DNA of 64,000 nucleotides from an uncultured delta proteobacterium (GTDB lineage Bacteria > Desulfobacterota > Syntrophorhabdia > Syntrophorhabdales > WCHB1-27). The stretch is from contig CAWEPK010000010.1 of the NCBI GenBank assembly GCA_963810935.1, positions 128,001 through 192,000 on the forward strand, given 5' to 3'. Of this stretch, positions 1-10,090 are shown piece by piece. Each line of letters begins with the position of its first letter. Within the stretch, counting starts at the first letter, position 1. The notes beneath the pieces were generated by a model that worked only from the letters and a program-made list of their open reading frames with translations, was not told the DNA's origin and searched no databases. Position numbers and translations under genes: made by a program.

Positions 1-229
1 CGTCGCTGATGCGGATATTGAAGGAGCTTCTGGATGGGAGGACTACCGCCGCTTCCACAACTATCGAGCCGACGCCGCCTGCCGCCAGCCTCCTGTACCT
101 GTCTATGATGTTCTGCGTTATGTGGCCGTCCTCGGTCGCAAGCCTGGTGACCGCTGCCGTAGACATGATACGGTTGGGAAAGACGCAGGCCCCGACCTTA
201 ACCGGCGAAAAGAGTTTCGCGTATTTCAT
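1..229 (-). CDS. NADH:flavin oxidoreductase / old yellow enzyme family, N-terminal part (runs off window)
   Basis: Hand translation MKYAKLFSPVKVGACVFPNRIMSTAAVTRLATEDGHITQNIIDRYRRLAAGGVGSIVVEA shows the OYE N-terminus (LFsP..G...NRI; Y..rA.GGvG.I..E). Directly downstream of the Mo subunit. Confidence 0.85.
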   Translation of the reverse strand, partial: MKYAKLFSPVKVGACVFPNRIMSTAAVTRLATEDGHITQNIIDRYRRLAAGGVGSIVVEAAVVLPSRSSFNIRISD

Positions 230-244
230 GGTCGCATCTCCTGT

Positions 245-2554
245 CTACTTTATCTTCTCTTCAAGGAGCCGAAGCATCCTGTCCGGCGTGATGGGAACTT
301 CGTACGCCCACACACCCGTCGCATCGTGTATTGCATTCGATATCGCGCCGTGAAGGCCGCACCCGAACCCGAGGGATCCTTCCTTTGCGCCGTAAGGACC
401 GTCCGGATCGGGGATGCCGAGAAAATGCACGTCTATTTCGGGAGTTTCGTTTGCCGTCGGCACCTTATAGGTCCTGAACGTGCTTGTCAGCTTCCTCCCC
501 GTTTTCCGGTCCCATACGTTCCTCTCGCTCAGGCCCTGCCCCAGCATGAAGTTAATGTGGCCGTACATGTTGCCCTTGACGAGCAGCGGGTTCAGCACCG
601 TGCCGCAGTCATTGACCGCCACTATCTTCTCTATCTTTATCCGGCCGGTGCCCGGATCGATTTCCAGTTCCACGCTGGTGGTGCCGAAGGAGTAGGCCGT
701 TACTTTCTGGCCGTAGGTCTTCTCGTTATAGGGCTCTTTGATGTCTATGCCGAAGTCGGAGTAGTCGATCCTCGCCCGGTAATCGCCGAACCCGAAGATC
801 GGTTTCCCTCTCTTGAAGGCCGTCCGGCACACTTCGCCGATCTTCACCCCTCTTCCTTTTCCAATCCTTCGCTTCACGAAGAATTCCTTGCCTCTCATCT
901 CGACCTCATCGGCGGAGACATCGAGGATATCACCGGCTATCTCGAGGAGGCGCCTTTTGGCGTCCTGGGCAGCCCTCTTTACGGCGTTTGCCGAAACGAC
1001 GGTGGCGGACATGGAATAGTTCCCCGGGTCCTGATAACAGAGCTCGGTATCGCCGTAGCATAGCTTGATGTCTTTCATGTCTATGCCGATCTCCTCGGAG
1101 GCAATCTGGGTGAACATCGTCTGATTGCCCTGGCCGAGGTCACAGTTTCCGGTAAAAACCGTACAGCTTCCGTCGTCGTTGAATTTTATGAAGGAGGTCG
1201 AGCCGCTGCGGAAGCCCATGTAGAACATGGACTGCATATTCCCGGAGCCTATGCCGATCCCGCGCATCGGCCCCATCTTGCCCCTCTTCTCCTTCCAGCC
1301 CGATTTTTCCGCGGCCATGACGATGCTTTCGCTCAAGCCCGTGCTGGTCACAACCGATTTTGATGGAACGACCTCGTTGGGGAGCACCGCGTTCTTCAGC
1401 CTCAATTCGATGGGATCGATGCCTAAGACCTCGCTCATCTGGTCGAAGCAGACATCCATCGACATCGGGCCGACGTGGGCGCGGGTCCGCATCATGGAGC
1501 TGATAGTCTTGTTCGTATAGATCAGATCCGCATGGTACCTGTAATTAGGCGCGCGCCACAATACCTCATCGATAAGGAGAGGCACCCACAGCTCGACAAT
1601 GGCGCTGCTTGCATAAGCCCCGCATTCAAGCACCATGCGGATGTCCCTGCCCGTTATCGTCCCATCCTTCTTGAAGCCCACTTTGATCGTCCAGACCTTT
1701 GAGGCTTTGTCCCTCATGCAGTCTTCGACCTCTTCACGGGTCATCTTGACCTGGACGGGCCTGCCTGCCTTGCGCGAAAGGAGGCATGCTATAAAAGCCC
1801 CGGGAGGCGTATCCGATCTCCCTCCGTGGGCGCCGCCCATCGGCAGCGAGTGGAGGCGCACATCGCTCGGCGATACCTTGAGCGTGTTGCTGAGGCCCTG
1901 ACGGGTCTGGAAAGGGCATTGCGTTTGCAGCCAGAGGTTAAATTTCCCGGAAGGCTCGTAGCTGGCGATGGCAGTGAAAGGCTCCGGCAGGCCATGGCTG
2001 GCTACGTCACATGTAAACGTCTTCTCCCAGACATAGTCGCTGCCCTTCAATGCCTCTTCCACGTTCCCCTCGTCCACCAGGTAACGGGCAGCGAGGTTCC
2101 CCTGCCTGTGCTCATGGACAAGAGGCGCCCCTTCCTTTACCGCGTCTTCCGCCGTCAAAACGTAGGGAAGCGGCTCGTACTCCACCTTGATGAGATCGGC
2201 CGCTTCTTCCGCAGTGTCTTCGTCCACTGCGGCCACGGCGGCAACTTCTTCCCCCATGTATCTGACCTTCTCGTAAGGAAGGAGGATGTGGTCCCTCGTA
2301 TGAGGTATGATACCGAATACGCCGCCCCTCGGCGTATCATTAATTCCTGTCACCACCGCTTTCACACCAGGCAGCTTTTCAGCGGCGCTCGTATCAATAC
2401 TTAAGATCTTAGCATGCGGGTGTGGGCTGCGCACTACCTTTGCGTACAGCATCCCGGACAGCACCATGTCCGTCGCATACTTTGCCCTGCCGAGGGCCTT
2501 ATCTGCCGAGTCGATCCTCGGCAAGTTCTTTCCGATCAGGCTTTCCCTGCTCAT
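245..2554 (-). CDS. xanthine dehydrogenase family molybdopterin-binding subunit (4-hydroxybenzoyl-CoA reductase alpha-like)
   Basis: 769 aa; GRAKYATD, RSPHPHA, KVRYMGEEVAAV, DLGQG, ELEIDPGTG, GPYGAKE motifs. Confidence 0.92.
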   Translation of the reverse strand: MSRESLIGKNLPRIDSADKALGRAKYATDMVLSGMLYAKVVRSPHPHAKILSIDTSAAEKLPGVKAVVTGINDTPRGGVFGIIPHTRDHILLPYEKVRYMGEEVAAVAAVDEDTAEEAADLIKVEYEPLPYVLTAEDAVKEGAPLVHEHRQGNLAARYLVDEGNVEEALKGSDYVWEKTFTCDVASHGLPEPFTAIASYEPSGKFNLWLQTQCPFQTRQGLSNTLKVSPSDVRLHSLPMGGAHGGRSDTPPGAFIACLLSRKAGRPVQVKMTREEVEDCMRDKASKVWTIKVGFKKDGTITGRDIRMVLECGAYASSAIVELWVPLLIDEVLWRAPNYRYHADLIYTNKTISSMMRTRAHVGPMSMDVCFDQMSEVLGIDPIELRLKNAVLPNEVVPSKSVVTSTGLSESIVMAAEKSGWKEKRGKMGPMRGIGIGSGNMQSMFYMGFRSGSTSFIKFNDDGSCTVFTGNCDLGQGNQTMFTQIASEEIGIDMKDIKLCYGDTELCYQDPGNYSMSATVVSANAVKRAAQDAKRRLLEIAGDILDVSADEVEMRGKEFFVKRRIGKGRGVKIGEVCRTAFKRGKPIFGFGDYRARIDYSDFGIDIKEPYNEKTYGQKVTAYSFGTTSVELEIDPGTGRIKIEKIVAVNDCGTVLNPLLVKGNMYGHINFMLGQGLSERNVWDRKTGRKLTSTFRTYKVPTANETPEIDVHFLGIPDPDGPYGAKEGSLGFGCGLHGAISNAIHDATGVWAYEVPITPDRMLRLLEEKIK

Positions 2555-3030
2555 TTGTCACCCTCCATCTCTTTCGCTGCGGCCTGAATGGCCTCGATAA
2601 TCTGGACGTAACCCGTGCAGCGGCAAACATGATTAGAGATCGCTTCCTTAACCTGATCGACGTTGGGGCGGGGATTCCTATCGAGGAGCGCCTTGGCCGA
2701 CATAATGAACCCTGGGCTGCAGTAGCCGCATTGTATGGCTCCGTACTCGACGAAGGCTTTCTGAATCGGATGCAACTGATACCCTTCTTTCGCCAGACCT
2801 TCGATCGTAACAATATCATTGCCGTTCGCTTCAACGGCCAGCATCATGCAGGAGAGCACCGCCTTGCCGTCCATGGATACCGTGCATCCCCCGCAGTCGC
2901 CTTTATTGCACATTTCCTTCGTGCCGGTCAATCCAAGCTGCTCCCTGAGGACCTCGAGGAGCGTCCTACGGCTGTCAACCTGTAATCTATACATATCGCC
3001 GTTCACTTTAAGCTCTATGTCGTGTTTCAT
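2551..3030 (-). CDS. (2Fe-2S)-binding small subunit of Mo enzyme
   Basis: Start MKHDIELKV after AGGAGG; CNKGDCGGC, QCGYC and CRCTGY motifs. Confidence 0.93.
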   Translation of the reverse strand: MKHDIELKVNGDMYRLQVDSRRTLLEVLREQLGLTGTKEMCNKGDCGGCTVSMDGKAVLSCMMLAVEANGNDIVTIEGLAKEGYQLHPIQKAFVEYGAIQCGYCSPGFIMSAKALLDRNPRPNVDQVKEAISNHVCRCTGYVQIIEAIQAAAKEMEGDK

Positions 3031-3043
3031 TTCGCTACCCTCC

Positions 3044-3904
3044 TTAAACCCCTGCGGCTTCTTTGATAGCCCTCTCGACCATTGTCTTGAGCACCTTCGT
3101 CTTGTATTCCGCCGTAAACATGACGTCGGCTCCGGTATGGCCTTCCTTTGCCGCCTCATCAGCCGCCTTTTCGACGAGGGCCGCCGTGACCGGATGGCCT
3201 TTCATAAGTTCCTCCGCGCTCTTCGCTCTCATGGTCGGCAGGGTCACGCCGCCAAGGCCGATGGTGATATCCTTGCACGTTTTTCCATCCATCGTAATGG
3301 CGACTGAAGCGGACACGGTTGCATAGTCGAAGCGTTCTCTCATGGCAAACTTTTTGTAGCCCGTCCTGGTGCCCTGCGCCGACGGCGGTACGCGGAAGCT
3401 AATCAAAAGGTCATCACCCTTCATCTCTTTGTGGAGGTCCTCTACCTGAACGGCTCTCTCGCCTGCTTCCGTCACCAGCACGGCTTCCGCCTTCACCGCA
3501 ATGAGGGCCGGGATCGTTTCGGAGGTCGAGAAGCGCACGGCCACGTTGCCTCCAATCGTCCCCATGTTCCGGATCTGGGGTGTGCCAAGCATGCCGCATA
3601 CGGTGGTAAGTAACGGGCAACGGGCGTTTACGTCAGGCGAATCGGCTATGGTCTGGAGTAAGGCCATACTGCCTATCTCCAGACCTTTACGCTTGTCGAA
3701 GCCGACGGTATCCAAACCAGCGACGCCTTTCAGACCGATGACAAAGGGACGCACTGCAATCCGGTCCTTCATCTGCTGCAGGGCGATGGTGCCGCCCGCG
3801 AAGAGCCTGGCGCTGCCCGTGTGCTGCCTAAGCAGGGACAGAACTTCGCTGACGCTTTTCGGCGCCAGGTAGTCGAACTTCGGTAGTCTCCTGTAATAAG
3901 TCAT
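3044..3904 (-). CDS. FAD-binding medium subunit of Mo enzyme (no 4Fe-4S insert)
   Basis: 286 aa; FAGGT, QIRNMGTIGGN; CoxM-like C-terminus. Confidence 0.9.
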   Translation of the reverse strand: MTYYRRLPKFDYLAPKSVSEVLSLLRQHTGSARLFAGGTIALQQMKDRIAVRPFVIGLKGVAGLDTVGFDKRKGLEIGSMALLQTIADSPDVNARCPLLTTVCGMLGTPQIRNMGTIGGNVAVRFSTSETIPALIAVKAEAVLVTEAGERAVQVEDLHKEMKGDDLLISFRVPPSAQGTRTGYKKFAMRERFDYATVSASVAITMDGKTCKDITIGLGGVTLPTMRAKSAEELMKGHPVTAALVEKAADEAAKEGHTGADVMFTAEYKTKVLKTMVERAIKEAAGV

Positions 3905-3936
3905 CGCTCACTCCTTTCGGTATCTTTCTGTTGCTC

Positions 3937-5589
3937 TTACCCCTGATCCTTCCAGCCCATCAGCTTTCTTATGTCCTCCCGAAGCACCTTCTTGTCCGGC
4001 TTGCCTATGTTAGTGAGAGGAATGGTATCGACAAATTCGATCCTCTCCGGCAACTGGAGCATGGAAGCGCCGCGGGCCTTAAGAAATGCGATGGTCTCGT
4101 CGAAGGTGGCGCTTGCGCCGGCCTTGCGCTGGACATACGCGCATATACGTTCCCCCAGCACCTTATCCGGCATACCTATAACCGCGGCCGAGTCGATGTC
4201 CGGGTGCCCGCTAAGGAGGTTCTCGATCTCCACTGCGCTTATCTTCTCGCCGCCCCGGTTTATGATGTCTTTGATCCTTCCGGTTATATACACATAGCCC
4301 CGTTCGTCCTTCCTGGCGAGATCGCCCGTGCGAAAGAATCCGTCTTTCGTGAACACATTCTCGTTGTCTTCCGACCGGAAGTAGCCGGTAAAGATTCCCG
4401 GCCCTTTCGACACCAGCTCGCCTTCCCGGCCCTGGGGCAGCTCATAGCCGTTGCCGTCGACGATTTTCAACGTGTCGTAGGGACAGATGGGCTTGCCGAC
4501 GCTGTAGCAGATCGTCTCGATGTCGTCCTCGGTCCTCGTGGCCGCGCACGTACCTTCCACCGAGCCGAGCCCGTTGTGATATTTACATCCGATTTTCGTC
4601 CAGACCGCCTTCACCAGATCAGGGGTGCTCGGCGCGCCGCCGACCGATATTTTTTTCAGAGAGCTGAGGTCATAACGGCTAAGGTCATCGAGGTTCACGA
4701 TTCGCGTAATAATAGCCGGCACGGAAGGAACGGCGGTTACCTGCTCTCTCGCGATGGTCTCACAGATGTCTTCCGGCTGGGTCGAATCGAGCAGCACAAG
4801 TTTCGCGCGGTTGAAAAATGCGCCGCCGATACCCCAGTGCATCGCCATGCCGTGGCCTACCGGCGTAATGACCAGGAGGGTGTCGTTCGACGTAATTTCC
4901 CACGCTCTCGCGTGGTATTCGATGTTGCACAAATAGTCATTGTGAGTCCTGGGGCTCGCCTTCGGCATTCCTGTGGTGCCGCCTGTGGGCATTATCTGGC
5001 ATACATCCATGGGATCGGGTCTTCTGTCCCTGATTGCCCGGATGGCCGCCTCATTCAGCTCGGTCTCTTCGATCAATTCTTCCATGCTTTCCGACTTGCC
5101 GGCCCATTCGCCCCTAACCGTTACAACATGCTTCAATTGAGGGTTGTGGGCCAGGACACTGTCCACGATGGGCTCGTAGTCAATCTTTCCGTACCGCGTT
5201 GGAAGTATCCATCCCTTTGCCGCGGTCAATCCGGCAAAATGGTTGATCTCTATCTGATTGTGACGCGGTATGAGCAGGACGGCGACGGCGCCGATTTTCT
5301 GAAGAGCGAAAAAGGAGAAGATATACTCATGCCAATTAGGCAGTTGTATCATGACCCGATCGCCCTTCTCGATGCCGCGCCCAATTAAACCGGCTGCCAG
5401 CCGGTCCACCTTGTCTCTGAGCTCCGCGTACGTGTAGCGGGCAATATCGTCCACGAGGCCCACCTTGCCGGGGTAGAGGTCGGTCGCCTTGTCGAACAAG
5501 TCGCCCCACGTAATGCCGAGCCACCACCTGAGCCTGTTGTACCTTTCCGCATCCCCAGGATCGTAGGGAGTAAACCCTTCCAGTTTCAT
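3937..5589 (-). CDS. AMP-binding aryl-acid ligase (EntE/DhbE-like)
   Basis: 550 aa; TGGTTGMPK, RTHNDY, FFRTGD, GRIKDIINRGGEKI. Confidence 0.9.
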   Translation of the reverse strand: MKLEGFTPYDPGDAERYNRLRWWLGITWGDLFDKATDLYPGKVGLVDDIARYTYAELRDKVDRLAAGLIGRGIEKGDRVMIQLPNWHEYIFSFFALQKIGAVAVLLIPRHNQIEINHFAGLTAAKGWILPTRYGKIDYEPIVDSVLAHNPQLKHVVTVRGEWAGKSESMEELIEETELNEAAIRAIRDRRPDPMDVCQIMPTGGTTGMPKASPRTHNDYLCNIEYHARAWEITSNDTLLVITPVGHGMAMHWGIGGAFFNRAKLVLLDSTQPEDICETIAREQVTAVPSVPAIITRIVNLDDLSRYDLSSLKKISVGGAPSTPDLVKAVWTKIGCKYHNGLGSVEGTCAATRTEDDIETICYSVGKPICPYDTLKIVDGNGYELPQGREGELVSKGPGIFTGYFRSEDNENVFTKDGFFRTGDLARKDERGYVYITGRIKDIINRGGEKISAVEIENLLSGHPDIDSAAVIGMPDKVLGERICAYVQRKAGASATFDETIAFLKARGASMLQLPERIEFVDTIPLTNIGKPDKKVLREDIRKLMGWKDQG

Positions 5590-5634
5590 ATCTCGACCTC
5601 GTTATAATGTCATAATGTAATATCGGTATGTTGT

Positions 5635-5664
5635 ATTGTAAAAATATTGTTAGGCAGATGTCAA
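5635..5664 (-). promoter_or_regulatory. sigma70-type promoter of ligase/Mo-enzyme operon
   Basis: TTGACA-N18-TACAAT on the minus strand in an AT-rich intergenic region. Confidence 0.55.
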
Positions 5665-5796
5665 GATATTTCTTGCTTGGTTATGGCGGGTAATAGCGTG
5701 CTGTAGAAGGGAATAACGGCTGCATCGGGTCTGCCCCGTTGCCTGAAATGTATCCGGGCGGCAGATCGGGTTATCCTGGAACGCGAACACAATTAT

Positions 5797-6594
5797 CTAT
5801 CTTGCTGAAGCGTCCCTCAGGCCTAGTTCGTTTGAAATGAGCTTTGCCGTTTCCTCGAGTTTTCCGACTACCTGTCCCGCGCCTTCTTCCGGGACGCGGA
5901 ATTCCTGCAACGAGGCGCCTAAAGCCGCAACGACATTCCCTGCCGCTCCAAAGAGGGGAACGCCGATCTGCATTACACCGTCAAAGAACTCGCCTCGCTC
6001 TAAGGAGTAGCCCCGTTGTCTCGTTTCTTTCAGCTCTGCCTCGACCTCCCTCGATCGCGTCCTTGTTCTTTCCGTATGCTTTCTTATCGGGTATTGCTGG
6101 AGCAGTCTCTTCTTGTCCGCAGCATCCAGGAAGGCGAGCAGGGTAATACCCAGAAACGTTTCCGTAGGCGGCATCTTAACGCCCAGATACGAAGGAATTT
6201 TGAGGATGCTGTCTCCTTCCCTCTTGTCGATGTAGGAAAACTGGTCGTCGATGATAACGCCCACGAGTATTGTGGCCTTCAAGGCCCGGGCAACTGCGTC
6301 GAGGTAAGGCGAGGCGGACTTTCGAACCGACGTGGAGCTGTGCACGACCCCTCCGAGGTCCAGGAACCTCAGGCCTAGCCTGTACAGACGCTCTTCGCGG
6401 TCATACCTGATGTAGCCGTTCTTCTCCATGGTCCGCAGAATCCGGAAGACCGTGGACTTATCGAGGGAGGTCCTCTTAGTCAGCTCATCGAGCGTAAAGG
6501 CGTTCTCGTGCCGCGAATAGTTGTCCAGTATCTTTATGGCCTTTTCCAGGACCTTTACCACGTATTTTTCATGTTGGACGCCGGTCTTAATCAT
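5797..6594 (-). CDS. IclR family transcriptional regulator
   Basis: VLEKAIKIL, LDKSTVFRILRT HTH, YRLG; C-terminal RGYS..GVP effector domain. Confidence 0.92.
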   Translation of the reverse strand: MIKTGVQHEKYVVKVLEKAIKILDNYSRHENAFTLDELTKRTSLDKSTVFRILRTMEKNGYIRYDREERLYRLGLRFLDLGGVVHSSTSVRKSASPYLDAVARALKATILVGVIIDDQFSYIDKREGDSILKIPSYLGVKMPPTETFLGITLLAFLDAADKKRLLQQYPIRKHTERTRTRSREVEAELKETRQRGYSLERGEFFDGVMQIGVPLFGAAGNVVAALGASLQEFRVPEEGAGQVVGKLEETAKLISNELGLRDASAR

Positions 6595-6743
6595 CTACCT
6601 CTTCCAATCGAGCTTCAACAAAAACATTACACGTTATATACGTGGAAATCAAGCGCTTCAGACGACTTGCTTACATAATTATACAAACGCCGGCTCGGAA
6701 ACAAAAGTAGAAACTTTTTTGCTTCTCTAGGATCGGCAGGAAA

Positions 6744-6791
6744 GGGGCCGGCTGAAGGGTTCCCTTAGGAGATGTACCTTCAGCCGGCCCC
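6744..6791 (-). terminator. 15-bp inverted repeat after dctP
   Basis: GGGGCCGGCTGAAGG...CCTTCAGCCGGCCCC followed by a short T run on the minus strand. Confidence 0.6.
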
Positions 6792-6807
6792 ACTATTCTT
6801 AGGCGCA

Positions 6808-7875
6808 CTACTCAGACTTGTAGGGAGTGGGAACTTTCAAATCCTTTTCCTTGGCTGCCCAATAAGCCAGGCGTTCCCTGATGAACTGAAAGTGCCCATC
6901 GACCTCTGACGCCTTCAATCCTTTGCCGATCATGTCCTTCTTATAGTCCAGGAAAACGGGATCGACCGCCTTCTTCCATTTTTGTCCTTCTTGCTGGCTC
7001 AAGTATATGACCTCTCCGCCGCTCTTTTTGAAGTATTCGATGGATTCGCGGTCTATATTGTTCCAGACCCTGCCCTGTTTCTCGGCCCATTCGGCGGCTA
7101 CGTCCGTAAATACCTTTTGGATATCCGGGGGGAGGCTGTTCCACTTTGCCTTATTCATGACGACATAGAAAGTGAAAACACTTCCGACCTGCAGAGGCGC
7201 AGTCGCGTATTTCACTATGTCGCCCAACTTGTAGCCCATGATCTGCTCGAATGGACCGTACGAGCCTTGAACGACCCCCTTGTTGAGAGATTCATATATG
7301 TCTGCCATTTCGACCGGCATAGCCGTACCGCCAAGGGCGTTCACGATGTCTGCGACCCGGCTTACTGCCCTGAGCTTGACGCCTCTCATGTCTTCCAGTC
7401 TCTTCACCGCTGTCTTGGAGGTATAAGCCACGTTGGGTCCGCAAGCGTGAAAGTAGAGGACATGGACGGCGTCGAAATCCTTCGGCTTGAAATTATTGTA
7501 AAAATCGTTGGCAACATGACTGGCGACCCATCCGCTCGGAAAACCGAAGGGCAGGTCCATGGCTTCCATAGCCGGGAAGCGGCCCCTTGTGGCCGCGAGG
7601 TTTGCAAGTCCTATGTCGGCAACGCCGGTGCTCACCGCCTGGAACATCTTCGGATGGGTCGCCAGAGTTCCTCCCGGGAAGTAAGCGATCTCGACACGGC
7701 CGTTGGTCCGCTTCTTCATCTCCTCGCAGAATTGCGCGGCAGTCTCGGCATTCCTGTGAGATGGATGGTAATAGTTCGCGAATTTCATCTTGATCGGACC
7801 TGCGGCAAACAAGTGAGAGCTCAGGCCCAGCAGCAGAGCAAAAGCCAAGAGCATACATAACGCTTTTCCTTTCAT
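6808..7875 (-). CDS. dctP: TRAP transporter substrate-binding protein DctP
   Basis: Start MKGKALCML with signal peptide and GGAGG RBS; TNGRVEI, DMRGVKLR, YESLNKGVVQG. Confidence 0.9.
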   Translation of the reverse strand: MKGKALCMLLAFALLLGLSSHLFAAGPIKMKFANYYHPSHRNAETAAQFCEEMKKRTNGRVEIAYFPGGTLATHPKMFQAVSTGVADIGLANLAATRGRFPAMEAMDLPFGFPSGWVASHVANDFYNNFKPKDFDAVHVLYFHACGPNVAYTSKTAVKRLEDMRGVKLRAVSRVADIVNALGGTAMPVEMADIYESLNKGVVQGSYGPFEQIMGYKLGDIVKYATAPLQVGSVFTFYVVMNKAKWNSLPPDIQKVFTDVAAEWAEKQGRVWNNIDRESIEYFKKSGGEVIYLSQQEGQKWKKAVDPVFLDYKKDMIGKGLKASEVDGHFQFIRERLAYWAAKEKDLKVPTPYKSE

Positions 7876-7946
7876 TCTAACGGCCCTCCTTTTTGATTGT
7901 TTTCCTTCGAGCAAGGCATCCTTTGCAGCGGGGTCCTGCCTTTCCA

Positions 7947-9245
7947 TCATTTGAACATTGACGGCAGCCAGAGCGCTATCTGCGGGAAGAGTACCAGAAG
8001 TATGCCGGCAAACACCATAGCACCAAGAAACGGATATACCCCTTTGTATATGGTTGCCAGAGGCACCTTCGTAATATTCTTCACTACAAAAACCACAATT
8101 GCCATAGGAGGAAGCACGACACCGATCATGACCGTGAGGCCAATCATTATGCCGAGCCACAAGGGATCGAACCCCAGCTTCATCAGCGTTGGGTAGAAGA
8201 TAGGCGTGGCCAGGATCATGAAGGCAAGGTCCTCGATAAAGGAGCCTCCGATCTGATAAATAATGAAGATCAGGAAGAACACCAGGTAACGGTTCATATT
8301 CAAAGTGGAGACCCATTCCGCGGTAATTTGCGGGATGTTCGTTATGGCGATAAAATGGCCGAGAATAAACGAGCCTGCGAGGAGCATAAAGATCATGCAT
8401 GCAGTTTGAAGGGATTCATATAGGGACTTTACATAGGTCTTAAAGTTCATGCCCTTTCTCATGATGGCCAGAAGAAGCACGAATAGCGTTCCTACGCTTC
8501 CCGCCTCGGTAGGAGTGAAAAAGCCTTTCATTATGCCGCCCACAACAAGCAGGAAGATCGCGACGACCCAAAGGGTCTCCGGCAGGGTGGACAGGCGCGC
8601 GCGCCAGGCAGATCTTTCCGCTCGTGCGGCAATTGAAGGATTGATCCTGGCCCAAATGAAAATGATCGCTATGTAAAGAGCAGCCAGCATAAGACCGGGG
8701 AGCAGACCGGCGAGGAAGAGTTTGCCTATCGGCTGTTCCGTGATCACCCCATACAGGATCAGGGTCACACTCGGGGGCATTATGACGCCAAGCGTCCCGA
8801 CCGTCGCCACGACACCCGTCGATAACCGCTTGTCGTACCCGTATTTATCCATCTCGGGAATCGCGACGCTTGAAAATGTCGCCGCCGTAGCCGTGGATGA
8901 GCCGCAGATAGCCTTGAAGCCGGTCGCAGCCGCCACAGTGGCCATGGCGAGGCCTCCCGGGATATGTCCGACAAAGCTGTGCGCCGACTTATACAGCCTG
9001 GCGGCAATGCCTGAATTGAAGGCCACCTGTCCCATCAGTATGAATAGAGGGAATACCGTATACCCGTAAGACGACACTACGTCGTAGAAATCGCGACCGA
9101 TAAGAATCAAGGCAGATTTGAAAGATACGAGATAAGCGAAGCCGGCGAAGCCTACTATAGCCATGGCGAAGCCTATTTCTATGCCGGTCACGAACAGCAG
9201 CAGCACAGCTGCGATTCCCATGAGCCCTACTGTTACCTCACTCAT
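7947..9245 (-). CDS. dctM: TRAP transporter large permease DctM
   Basis: Polytopic; PLFILMG, GSSTAT, GTLGVIMPPS, FFTPTEAG. Confidence 0.92.
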   Translation of the reverse strand: MSEVTVGLMGIAAVLLLFVTGIEIGFAMAIVGFAGFAYLVSFKSALILIGRDFYDVVSSYGYTVFPLFILMGQVAFNSGIAARLYKSAHSFVGHIPGGLAMATVAAATGFKAICGSSTATAATFSSVAIPEMDKYGYDKRLSTGVVATVGTLGVIMPPSVTLILYGVITEQPIGKLFLAGLLPGLMLAALYIAIIFIWARINPSIAARAERSAWRARLSTLPETLWVVAIFLLVVGGIMKGFFTPTEAGSVGTLFVLLLAIMRKGMNFKTYVKSLYESLQTACMIFMLLAGSFILGHFIAITNIPQITAEWVSTLNMNRYLVFFLIFIIYQIGGSFIEDLAFMILATPIFYPTLMKLGFDPLWLGIMIGLTVMIGVVLPPMAIVVFVVKNITKVPLATIYKGVYPFLGAMVFAGILLVLFPQIALWLPSMFK

Positions 9246-9709
9246 TATCTGCCTCCGATTCTCCTCAGAATATCGAAAAAGACCACGACGGCCTGCAGGA
9301 AGCATGTGGCTCCGATTGCATAAGTGATAGGGTACACCGGCCATTTGAGGGTCAGGAATAGCTCGCCCGATGTCCGGAATTCATCGGCCAGCACGAAAAG
9401 GGCCACCCCGAGGATGATAAAAAAGACGATTACCATGATCCTTGTAATGATCGCCAATACGCGCTGCGCTCGCTCTCGTAGACGATCAACGACGAAATCC
9501 ATGTAGACGTGTGCGCTATCCAACATCGAGAGAGGAAGAGCAAAGACGATAACGATTGCGCCGGACATGCTCACAAGCTCGTAAACCCCCGTAAGAGGTT
9601 TCCAAAAAATCCTCATAATTACATCGAGAACAGTCACACAGAACAGGAAGGTGAGCACCGCGGCCGAAACGGCTCTCAGCCAACGGCTCACAGCTACAAT
9701 TATCCTCAT
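9245..9709 (-). CDS. dctQ: TRAP transporter small permease DctQ
   Basis: About 154 aa, 4 TM, DVIMR and HVYMD motifs; stop overlaps dctM start. Confidence 0.88.
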   Translation of the reverse strand: MRIIVAVSRWLRAVSAAVLTFLFCVTVLDVIMRIFWKPLTGVYELVSMSGAIVIVFALPLSMLDSAHVYMDFVVDRLRERAQRVLAIITRIMVIVFFIILGVALFVLADEFRTSGELFLTLKWPVYPITYAIGATCFLQAVVVFFDILRRIGGR

Positions 9710-10090
9710 GGCGCCTCCTGTTATCACATTATAAAATTGTGATATCATTATACGACATTATATTGCGAACATGTCAAGGGAAATTATTGCACGAAAATGG
9801 AGCGAGGAAATCAACAATCCTTTTGCCGGCAATATAGATTCCTTTATATACGTTTGGAGAAGTTCGACAGAATTTTCTCTGCCGGGCAGCATTATGCATC
9901 AGAACATGCCGGGAGAAAGGCGGTCAAGATTTTTATGCCATGGGCATGTCCGCCCGACTCAAGGTCCCATTCTGCTACTTTCACCTCCACCCATGACTCT
10001 TTCATAGCGGTCTTCTCGAACAAGCGGATTGCCGGTCGAAGTTAGAGGAACTTATCTTTCCAGGATCTGCGTTTTTCCTGCAAGTTTGTC

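Noticed and set aside
3937..5589. Siderophore (enterobactin-type) biosynthesis
   Set aside because: No isochorismate, carrier-protein or NRPS genes; the context is catabolic.
7876..8400. Long N-terminal extension of DctP (530-aa ORF)
   Set aside because: Overlaps dctM out of frame; signal peptide and RBS mark the start at 7875.
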